This document shows, piece after piece, positions 27,901-39,457 of a stretch of 64,000 nt of DNA. Below the pieces are notes generated by a model. That model was not told the origin of the DNA. It saw only the letters and a program-made list of their open reading frames with translations, and did not search any database. Every line of letters starts with the position of its first letter. Within the stretch, counting starts at the first letter, position 1. Made by a program: the position numbers and the translations under genes. This stretch comes from Auanema rhodensis (lineage: Eukaryota; Animalia; Nematoda), in assembly GCA_964057225.1 (NCBI GenBank), contig OZ059897.1:6014001-6078000 (forward strand). Reading direction: 5' to 3'.

Positions 27901-30150
27901 GTCATCATCTTCCAACCTTCTCGGTAGTTCTCGATTCCTAATCCGGTCATGAATTCCACAGATGGTTCAGAGCTTAATGACCAAATGCTTCCAGACCATT
28001 AAATGAATAACAGATTGTTTCCATTATACTATTCGCTAAGTGTCTTGGACTACTTCTAAGAGCTCAATCTTGCTTTTTTTCCATATAGGGATACGGAAAT
28101 ACTTTTTTCTATATATGGTTTTTTTTTTGTATATTTAACGAGGATAAAGTATATTTTATTCGAGAATAAATGAGCTGTCAATCAATTTTTATTGGATTGG
28201 AAAAGAAAAAAAATTAAATTTGAATGTATCACCTGTCTATAATCGAAAAAAAAGTTTTTTATAAGAAATATCGTTTAATATACTAGAATCATATTATAGA
28301 GGGAACACGAAAATTCAATGAAAAGGTGGAAATTTAAACAAAAAAATTCGTTATTACAAGAAAAAATAAATAGATTTTGTATTTTTAAAAATGTGGAAAA
28401 TTGAGGATACAACAATGAATCAAATTCAACCAATTCTGAGAAGATCAATGATTCCATGATTTCATTCAGTGGTAAGAAGAATAATTTATTTCTGTCACCA
28501 TTACCATCTACATGTCTTCTTCGGGATACTGTGTTTCAACTGACCAAAAACGAAGATGACTGTCGATTGTTTGAAATGGGACGACCATCATCAAACTAAC
28601 TTCTCTTTGTTCTAGTCTATAACACATTTAGTAATTTCAGATAAAATTGTCTATTATTCTATGTTATTTCAATTTTAAAAAAAGTAAATAAACCAAAATA
28701 ATGTCAAATAAAACCTTGTTATCTAGATAATATAAGTTGAAAAGATTTTTGATAGATAATGAGAGTGAGAGATTATTATAGGTTACACCTCATATCGTTG
28801 TCAATTGACCTACTAATACTATTAACTAGTAACTCAAATCATTTTTATTTTATGTTAAAGGTTGTTTAGAGAATATAAAAATGTTTTTATTTCAACTTTT
28901 TTTCTTTATTTTCGGATAAGAATTGAATTCCCTTTCATTTGTTACTGGCATCCATGCAAACCGGTCGTTTATTCAACTCATTTCAACAGTTTGCAAACAG
29001 CTGAGCGGTTGATCTCCACTTTCTCTCAATAGTTTCATTAATTTCCTTTAAAAAAAACCGTTTTTTTTATTTATTTTTATTGTTTTTTATGAATATCATC
29101 ATCAATTATATGAGGTTTTCAATATTTTTTCTATTTCTAATTGTAGTAAACGGTTGTTTAGTTAAACATGTCAATCTAAATCGAAACTATAGACATTGTG
29201 ACAGTAATTGTCCCATATTCAGTAAGTATTGACATTAAATCTCTTACAGCAGTTCAATTATTCAAATTCAAGGATTCTGTAAATGCCTGAATATCAGATG
29301 TGAACAGACATCTGAATGTTGTTACTCAACCTCAGCATTGCTTACAGTCTTTTAGCTGCCATTTTAACCACTTGCGTAGCTTAATTATGTGTTTTCTCGC
29401 TTCCTTACTCCATCACTCATCTAGCTTTCCACCAATATCCTATTCAGCCAGATGGCTATTCTATAGCCTGACCATTCAGTGGAATCAATGGCACTGTAAC
29501 ATACAATTTGTACGTAATCATAAGCACACATGCTGCCAGATCTTCATCGAAATGGTTGCTACAACCCAAATTTATCCTATTTTTCCACTTTAAAAACGAA
29601 GGGGATTTTATAGGACTTAAGTGCATAAGTCAATGGTTAGGGCCTTCTTATTCAAATTATTTCAAATATATTATAATCAATGAAGAGGGACGTTATTGAA
29701 TAGCATATAAATAGTAAAAATTCTATTAAAAATAAAATATTTTACGACATTATGTATGTTCATAACTATTCGCCTAGATCCAATTTAATCACTAAAACCT
29801 GAATAATTTTGAGCGTAAATAAGAATATGGGTGGGCCAATTTTGCTGATGGCAACTACGATAGTTACGAAAGCCGATCGTAAATTGTTATGAAATATGTC
29901 TTAAAGAATTTTGATGAGTTGACTGTAATACATTAATCTCTCATCTAATTGAACGATATCCCTATATTCAATAAGCTCTTTACTGTTCTAACACTTCGTT
30001 TTTCACTTCTTTTCGCACTCATTTGTAACAATTCTTCTGAATAGCTTTGATTGGATTTCTATGAATTCTTTCAGAAGAATTTTTTTTCTTAAACATCAAA
30101 GTTATCCAAAAATCGTCGCTGTTCACGGGTTTTATCTTGACCACTCTGCG

Positions 30151-30236
30151 GTTGTTATAAAAGATCTTTGACAAGGAAAGTCATACCGTATAAGTTGTTA
30201 TAAAAGATCTTTGACATGGAAAGTCTTACCGTTAAA
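30151..30236. repeat. 43-bp direct tandem duplication
   Basis: gttgttataaaagatctttgacaaggaaagtcataccgtataa (30151-30193) followed by gttgttataaaagatctttgacatggaaagtcttaccgttaaa (30194-30236). Confidence 0.9.
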
Positions 30237-30441
30237 TTTACGTAAATAGTTATAGGGCTATAGGAAACAAATATGTGATCGATTAGGCGATGTGAGTAGT
30301 GCAATTCATTTGACACAGATCTAGGTGAGATAGCTAGTAGTACTAGCTATCTCACCCAGATCACTCACATCGTCTACCAAATAAGTCTAATCGATCACAT
30401 ATTTGTTTCCTATAATTTTATAACTATTTACATAAATTTAA
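30232..30441. mobile_element. ~210-bp foldback/palindromic element, MITE-like
   Basis: 55-bp terminal inverted arms including a perfect 28-bp match (30259-30286 vs 30387-30414), inner 11-bp arms, and a central palindrome at 30318-30362 with 22-bp arms. Both ends read TTAA. The palindrome is seen directly; TE origin is inferred. Confidence 0.65.
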
Positions 30442-30788
30442 ACATTTATTTTGGAATTTTTATCATTTTTTTTTAGAATATTTGTTGAATTTTAATCTCT
30501 AATCATAACTGCGAGAGAACCGTGGTCTAGTGAATAATACGCGACGCGAGCCGCGCGCGGCATCACTGTAGACCATGCTGGTTCAGACTTTTGTTTCTCA
30601 AAAATACAGATGAATTTTAAAAATTCAAAACAAAATTGTCTTTTTACCTGAATTGCTTTCAAATTTTTATCATTTCTATATTATTAATTGTTTTTCAAAA
30701 TATTTAACAAAAATGTTTTTGTACTTTATACTTGAGTATTGTTGCATTTTCTTATCTTTGAGCTTTTGTTAGTTCTCAATTTCCAGGT

Positions 30789-31885
30789 ATGGAGCCTCCC
30801 GTCACCAAACGTCAATCTGTTCGTAGGTGCTTATTTGGAAAACCTAATAAGGAACAAGTAAGGCTTAGTTTTTTTCTGTATTATATAATCTTTTTCTTTA
30901 AGATTGATGCATGGTTGACAAATGAGTTAGATCAAATTAATAAGGCTAAATCTGAGAAGTGGAACTTCGACTTTGTATCCGATAAACCTTTAAATAATAA
31001 TACTGATATTGAATTTGAGAGCATTCCCGCTACTGAGGTATTTCTTAATTTTCAAAACTTTTTATTCATTGTACTATATAGGTTCCTGCATTGTATCGTC
31101 CTCGTAAAAGATGCTCTAGGTCTTTACTGGATGTAGCATCCACTTCTTCCGAGCCTACAGGTCCGATAACCAGGTGAACAAGAAGTTCCTTTCTTTTTCT
31201 TATTATCTTTTTTTCAGATCATTTTCGCGGAGAGAAAACGCCAATGAATCAACTCCACAAAAAGAAAGCACGCTTAAACAAGCCAAATTGACCAGTAGGT
31301 GTTTTGAATCTTTGTTATCTTCGTTATCATTTTTTCATTTCTATAGTAATTTTTTTACCATTTCTTGTTGTGCCTTACTAAACTAATATCAAGATTAAAG
31401 TGGCAAATGCCGCTTTGACTTTTGCGATCAGATATCTCATAACTGTTTTCATGATTACGTGCTAATTAGGGGGCATCTGCTAGGTGTTGAGTAATACTTC
31501 GACATACCGGAACCCTTTCGGCATTGTCATAAAAAATACAAAAAGAGATTTATCTCCTTTTTTTCTATGTCGGGATATTTTCAGATTATTTGACAGTTCG
31601 GAAGAGACGATCTCTGGATATCTTACCTAAACGATCACAATCAGAATTGAAAAATAAACGGGTTGAACCACCCGGCAGTCCATTTAGGTGAGCTTTTGAG
31701 CTACAACTTTAAGCTTCCAAATATAATCTGAAAACATTATAAATATTTTCAGATTTGTTTCAAAAGAAGAAGAGTCACTTTTCGATTGTTCTAGTCCTGT
31801 TAAGTCGCCTAGAAAAAGTCCTATTAAAAGACGAAATGGTAGATCTTTAGTACTAGATAGTATGGTCCATGCAAAACGGACATAA
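30789..31885 (+). CDS. cki-2: Second Cip/Kip CDK inhibitor, CKI-2-like (exons 30789-30857, 30903-31037, 31082-31173, 31218-31294, 31585-31687, 31753-31885)
   Basis: MEPPVTKRQSVRRCLFGKPNKEQ|IDAWL...SEKWNFDFVSDKPL...FESIPATE|VPALYR, PIP-like KQAKLT|NYLTVRKRR, tail SPVKSPRKSPIKRR. All introns GT-AG and phase-consistent. The exact 3' end is uncertain (possible further splicing to an acceptor near 32011). Confidence 0.9.
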
Positions 31886-34800
31886 AACTTGAGCGCGTAC
31901 ATTGTTTTAAAATGGTGAGTTATATATATCAGTTGTCCTTCGTATTGTTTTGTGGCAGCCGATGCCAAAATTGCGCAATTTCTAGATCTGTATAATTCAG
32001 TTTTTTTTCCAGAGATTCGTTTTGTCTGTGAATAACTCGTGCGCATTCTCTGGTTTTTCAAGTTTTGTAGCTTTCTGGAGAGTTCGGACGTGAAGTTGTG
32101 ATCCCGATGTGTATCTAGTTTTTCCTCCAAATTTCAACAAATTTTATAACGAGAAAGTTTCAACTTGTTAGTTTCCGTCATCTATACATATTCCTGAAAA
32201 ATTACTTGTATTACTTGCCTTGCGTATATCTCTACGTCCTAAGAATCTCTTTATATTAATAGAGAAAGAGGTACCCTCTGTTTTATACTGTTATTTGTCG
32301 TTCTGGTTACTTGGTATGTAAATAATAATAATTGAAATACTGTAATAAATTTTTTTTTTAGTTTGGGTGTTGTAAATATTTGAAACAGATAGACAGATAC
32401 AAGCTTATATTAGAAATTTAATCTTTATATCCACAAGGTCTCTTGCAGAAATCTACGAAACTATGTCATAAAATCGAAAACAGGGATATGAGCAGCTTGA
32501 AACCTCAAAGTTGCGCATATTAATTGGCCTTCAAATAGTTTCAACATTATGTTGCTTTGAAAAATTTCCGGTTTTGCTTCAATTTTCGCCATATGTGGCC
32601 TATTGCCTTGACCATTCTCACTTTCACACTTCATGTTTTTGATTTAAAGTTTAGAATTGTTGACATAGTTTCAAATGGTGGAATATTTCATATGATGTTG
32701 CTTTAACTACAGTACTGTTGTTGTTTGTTATTTGGCACATATCTATGTATATTTATGAGAAATTCAGTTGCACAATAGCTGCTTATCAGATGATAGCAAA
32801 CGCTTGAGGCCGAGGCCGCTAGTTGCGCAACTTCATCGGACTCTTTTCCATTTTTAACTCAAATCTCGAACTGTCTCGATTATAACTGATACGAGATTGA
32901 AATATCTTTAGATTACTATGTTTGATGACATCCAAACTCAGGCATTGTCATATACATAAGAGCAAATCGATTAATATGCTAAATTTTCTTGAGGAGGGGT
33001 CCGCGAATATTTAACAGTAGCATCACATATTTCTTAGATATTGTACAGAAGTGATAAATCAGTTTTAAGTTTGTGGAGCTTATTCGCTAGAGCAGAAGAA
33101 GGGAAGTAATACAGCAGGAGAAGCCTGTTTTGTGCGGTATATTGTGCCGTATCAAGTGTTTTATCTTTCAAGTTTTAAGTAGTTATTGAGCATTTCTGCT
33201 CATGAAGATAAGAAACCAAAGCCATAAAACGAAGTTAATTTTACGTTTTTGTTTCAAGCTGCTATCGTTTATGGAAGCAACTACAACTGATGATCAGAAC
33301 TATGGGGAGAAAGAAGAAGAAGAAGAGAAAGAATGAGAAGAAGATGCCAGCTGGTATATAGATTGCCATGACTAGGTCTGTTGTTTCATTGAGAACTTTT
33401 CAAAGAGATGTTGCTTAGCAAATGGTGTGAGGAGTATGTGTTGTGTATACGTGAGACCCTCAGTGACCCTACTAAATGCATTGTTCACAATGGGTCGATT
33501 GCCTGTATTGTTCACAGCCATCTGAGACTTAAGCAGGTCATGTTAAACGAAAAGAAAGAAAAAAGTAAAGAGGGAAGTGAAAGGATAAACATTGGATTTA
33601 TACGAGCTTGGTATGAGTGTCATGGACTTTTCATATATCCGCTGTAACAGGCCTCCTTTATTATTTACGGGATTGTATTGTAAATTGCCCTTTGTTGAGT
33701 AAAATATAGAAAATTCTGCAAAATCAGTCATTAGAGAAGTACTGAAGCTACGATTCTTCTCTGAACTATCTTTTCCGAAAATGAAACAAAAAATTCTGCC
33801 ATTTAAATTGAATCAGTATGTAGTGTGAAGACACTGACTGTGGCTGCCTGCATAGTTGATAAATGACTTTCAGACTGTTTCCAACTCATCCTCATTAATG
33901 TCAGAACAAGTGAATGAAGTAGAAACAATTAAATGAAATTCTGACGATGAGGTTCACAACATCAGCATCGATGATATTCACAGAATTCGAAATGTGCCTG
34001 ACGTTTACAGTTTCATAGTTTGAACGAGCAAGTCTGACGACAACAATCTTTGAGATGATACATCTGAACCAGATTTCTAAAACCATTTAAGTAGGGATTA
34101 TCGTATGGCTCATTGAAATACACGAACCAGTCACCACACACATACATTCATATTCATACAAAAATACTTTTTTTTACAGTTTTCGAGTACTTTTGACTGA
34201 AAAGTAAAATAGACTTTAGTGAATAGGCATATCCATAGAGTCGGCACACATGATCCAATATGTAACTGCAAATGCCTTTGTATAGCCATGAGAAAATAGA
34301 AAATAATGGATCGTTTTGAGAAAGTCTATACATCCAGTCATGTCCTACCGTTAAGATGTCACGAAATACGATTTTTTGATGCAAAAATAAGTTCACAAAG
34401 TTGTTTTGTACTTTGATTACAACATATCCATTTGAGTTCTATGATATTTTGATCCCTTTTTCTTTGTTTCAACTTCTTTCTTTCTGTATCAAAGTGAAAG
34501 AATAACAGTTAGAGAAATGTGAGAATAGTTTATCTACAATGCCATAGGAAATCGTTGTACCCAGCTGTGCAAACGTACTAAACTTGACAACCACCAGATG
34601 GACGACTGTAGTAGCTGTAGAGTGTTTGTGGAATCGTTTTTTTTTTATTAAAATATATGATAACATATACATATTTCTAATTTAAAATAGTTTTTATAAT
34701 AAGTAAAGTTATATTGTATAAAATATTAGAATATTTCTCTTCTTTTGTCTTTTTAATATCAGCTAATCTGCATTTGATTTGAAATATTGCTGGCTGACAG

Positions 34801-35329
34801 GTTAAACTTCAGAAAGGTTTTTTTTCTTTTTGAATTTTGACTTCGTGCCAAGAGGACAGATTCATCAAAATTAATTTTCGAATGATAGCCAAGAAGAGTA
34901 GAGGACAACGATGGACGACAGGTTATCTTCCGAAAAATCTAATTTATTTCCTTAACCTTCACTTAAATATACAACAGATTGTTAAAAACTCTTTTCAAGT
35001 TCATTCAATCTTTATTAGAAAATTGACTAATTATAATCAAAAGAATTAGAATAGAAATATATAAAAAATAATTAAATAGTAGTATTAACTTTATATTATA
35101 TTAATAATTCTTTTAACTATTCTAACTATAATATAATATATCTTTAAATACTATACGTCTACTATAATATAATATAGTTATATGTATATAATACATAATA
35201 TTCTTTTCGAAATTGACTTATTAAACTGTTTTTTTAAAATCAAATCATCGTCTATAACGATAATTAAATATTTTAATAATAATATAAGTATATATATAGT
35301 ATATATAAGTAGTATAGTTAAGAAACAAG

Positions 35330-36302
35330 TTATGAAGCTCCGAAATCGCCAAGGAGGTAATTGCCTGGAACATTGCGATCTGTTGATGTGAAGAATTCAC
35401 TCCATAACTGTACAAATCTCTTATAATCAATGCAATGGATAGGATTTCCAGCTTCATCCTGAAAGCATTTGTTTTAAGTTAAAAATGGGATGATCATCCT
35501 CATATTACCACTGCAAATTTGTCAAAACAGTATAAAGCCGTATTTTTCGGAACTCCAAAATATCCAAGAACTTGAACATATTCAGCTTGATCAACAAGCT
35601 TATCTCCTTCAAAATTGATTAATGAAAATGCTTTTTCATTATCTATTTACCTGAAGAATCCAAAAGTTTGAAAATGTAATCAATATAAGCTCTTTGCCAA
35701 GCTGTGGATTTAGATAATTTTAACGATGCTGACCACATTGAGACCCAATTCGATAATGAAATCTGAAAGTTATGACAAATGTTATTACTATACTTTAAAA
35801 CGAAAAGTTTAAACAAAACCACACAGCAAAGTTCAACCAGTCTCTTTCAATTTTAAAAGTAAAATGAAATATTACAAATGAGCTTTTACGTGAAAGAACG
35901 TGGAATAATAATTCATTTTAATTTCTAAGAAATGATTTGTCAATCTTTAGAATTATATATAATATTCCTAACTATATATATAAATAACAATTCAATTTAT
36001 AAATTTACCTTATCTTCATGATTCATGTCTAAAGCTTCAGTCATACAATCCCATACTTCTGTTAAACAAAATTTGGCTGTTAAGTATTCATCACTGTGTT
36101 TTCCACGTGCTATTCCAATTAGCTGTGTTAATGTAACAAAATCACTCCAATCAATGAAGTCATTACAATTTAAATCTTTAAATAATAAATTTTTTTTTTG
36201 TTTTTTTTTAATTTTTAAGAATTTACCGAAAAAAATATAAAATGCATGCTTCCATTTAGCTTGCAGAAAGTCATCAACATTCGAGGAGTCATCAATTTTC
36301 AT
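35330..36302 (-). CDS. Calexcitin / sarcoplasmic Ca-binding protein family EF-hand protein (cex-1/cex-2-like), 5 exons
   Basis: [25 protein letters not shown]|[13 protein letters not shown] (EF1) ... ALDMNHEDK|ISLSNW (EF2) ... YIFKLLDSS|[10 protein letters not shown] (EF3) ... [20 protein letters not shown], the typical calexcitin C-terminus. Confidence 0.9.
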
Positions 36303-39300
36303 TTTTTTTCTAATTAACTATAACATATAATTAAAAGCTTTTGATAATTTTAGAGTGAAGAAATAGAAAAATCACGAAAGTTGGATAAGAACATGAAAAA
36401 GAAACGATTTTCATTGAAATACATTAAAAAGAATCTTCATGGAATCTAAAACATTCGACAATGATGAGCTGTCGAAATGACAATGCTGTCTGCTAGCCTA
36501 AGATCAACTTATCAATACCAATGGGACTGCTTGGAAAAAATTAAGGAAAAGTGAATGTAATGAGGAAGCTCAATGTGGGAGACTGATGAGGTCAGGTAAC
36601 AGGAATTTGACGAGAACTAATAATAGCAGCAAGTAGAAAACGAATACCGAAAGAGAAGATGAGAGATTAGCTTTCTTGCCTTTTCTCTCACTGCTTACTC
36701 ATAGCTTTCTGTTTTTTTTGAGCTTAAGTAGTTGAAGAACAAGATTTCAAGGCAGTAAGCTATGGTGTCGAAGATGAATACGTCAAGCATCATAGGATAG
36801 AATCGGATTGAGCTGGAGCAATGTACAAGAAGTGAGAGCGGCTTGACGCGGGGGGAGGCCATCCCCGCAATGAATGAGAAAAAGAATGCCGCTTGCTTCA
36901 GCTTTAAATTTATGAAAGTGACAGCAGAAGTTTAAGTCGGATATTTGACCCAGCACAGCTTCAGGTCATATGAAACCAAAGAAAATAGCTGTGACAGCAT
37001 GATGACAAGAGATAATGCTTGTGAATTAAAGAAGAAATTTCAAAGAAAAAAACGCATCAGGTGATTACAACAATCATATATTTAGATAAAACTTCATGAA
37101 TATAGTTAACTAACTGATTAATAAACACCTTTTTGCACGCTATATGACCTAACTATTTTTCAAAAATAAATGACTCAAAACATATATTGATGTGTACTAA
37201 TTGAATTGAATCATTCACTAAAATATTACGGATGACAAAGAAGATTAAGTACATGATTAAGATATATTTATGGTTAGTAAATGGATGGAGAGATATGATG
37301 AATTCAATCAACTTGATAGCATTTTCTTCATCTTCTCCTTCTTGCCTGCAACAACTCACTTTTCTTATTTTTCTCCAAACTATATGATAGTTCAAATCAT
37401 AATAATTCTATTTCCTCCAATTCATTTGCCCTTTTTGTTACAAATAAAATTATTTAACTTCCTCACAATTATAATTTGTTCATTAGCTATTTCCTGGTTT
37501 TATTCATTTCAAAAGAAACTTCAAAATATCTGGATCATGTTACTAAAAGTATTCCGATCTCACGCGAACATGAGCGGTAATCTTTAAGATTTCATCAACT
37601 GTTTTCAAGAAAACATTTAAACCTATCAATATCACGATCTAACCTTACTTTCCATTTTGAGTATTTTGAGTATTGTAGTTATGCATCAACTTGATTCAAG
37701 CATCACTGCTTCCTTTAGAGCTTTTAAGAACAATAAAGTTGTCAATATCTTCTATTGGTTAGAAAACAGAGACGTGATCTCACCCTCGTAACATATGATA
37801 ACAGTTGTTGATATAGCATTCTCTTGCAAGAGGACGTTCTGTCTGGAAATTATAATAGATAGACAGATATACATGATAGATAGAAGATCTGTTGTCTAGA
37901 TTTTTGATTTCTATATCTCAGTGTTGCTAGGGGATCAAAATAATCGAAAAAACTGCTGACGATTACCAACCTACACGAGATCAAAGTTCATGCCAAAATC
38001 AGATTATCATCTCGTTTATGTTAACAAACCTAGTGGGCAGGAGAGATTATGATGATACATGCAAAGGTTGAAAAATCATTTTAGCAGATTATTATAAGTT
38101 CAATGTAATTTCTAATTGATTTCTTTTTCTTTTGCAAAAAAATAAAATGTTATTCCATCTTCAGATTAATCAAAATTTCTCTTCTTCAATATCAAAAACT
38201 TATTATTCAGATAGATTCTTAATGGCGATTGACAGATAGCGAAGAATACAGTAGCTAACAACCTTCCTAAACGACAATTTTTTTTCTTTTTTTTTGTATT
38301 TTTGAAACAAAAAAAAAGAAGAACGAAATATCATGTTTCAGGTTTCAATATTTGTTATCTGATAATATGATTATTTTCAAAAATTGCTCAGAGACACATG
38401 TCGAACGAACTGTATAAGCCTTATATGGTGTGTGCGTATACACATAATATAAACTGTATGTTTGTTCCTCGTTTATAAAAACGTCAATATTTCATATAAA
38501 TTTATTTAATATATTCATATTTATTCATTTTTTTTTGATTTTATTGATCTTATATAAATGAAAAAAAGTTTAATCAATTCATATTTTTTCTTTTCAAATA
38601 TATTATATATACATATAGTATAGTACTATAGTATTATGATATTTAACTATTATTTCTCATAATTTTTTCATTAATTTTGCTTATTAAAACTAAAATAAAT
38701 AAATTTTATTTATTACTTATAAACAATTTTCTGAGAAAAATAAATAAAACACAATATCAATATACTCTTTCCGTTCATTTTCTTCATTCAAATTGCACTA
38801 TTGTTATCAATCGTTCCATCAAATTCAAAACCATATCACGGCACAGCTATCACAACCACCTCCGGCATGTTGATTGCTTGTTTTCCTCTGAACAGTTTTT
38901 CTTCATAAAAGCTAATGCTCTTTTTATTTTATGACAGAGTAGCAGTCTTCTCACTTCCTCATCAACATCACAACCTTCTCTCCCACTCCTATTCTAAACC
39001 ATTTTTCCTCAAAATTTGCTTTTGTACTCAAACTTTTTCTTGAAGATCAAATACAAAAAAAAAGAAGTTATTTATATAAATGAAAAAAAAAAAGATTTCA
39101 GTACTGTGTACACAACCTCAGAAACTCGCTCATTTTTCTTTTTTTCATTTCATTACTTCACACTTTTTCACATTATGTTCGCTTTATTTCTCCATTCATC
39201 TTCAGTTCACACTACTCCTTCTGATCAGTCAGTTCAATCTTTCAATTGTCTTTTGTTTTTTTTTTCTTTCATAAACTTACGTAGTCTTGCGCTCTTAGAG

Positions 39301-39457
39301 AGCATCTGTTTTATTCACTTATTCACATTCTCTCTATCACATGTTTCTCTATCATTTGACATGAAGATTCTTATTTTTAGAAACTTTTGAAAATATCATT
39401 GATAATAGGATAATTTTCTTAATATTTTTTTAAAAAATATTACTTTTCTAATGCAAT

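Noticed and set aside
29487-29496. AATGGCACTG, miR-228/183-family 5' end
   Set aside because: No precursor-length hairpin and the 3' part does not match.
31295-31584. Intronic telomerase RNA or SECIS in the cki-2 long intron
   Set aside because: No ~1.5-repeat template for TTAGGC; the AUGA...GA segment lacks a pairable SECIS helix and is intronic.
31684-32130. 148-aa minus-strand ORF
   Set aside because: Antisense shadow of the last cki-2 exon and UTR; non-ATG start and no recognisable motifs.
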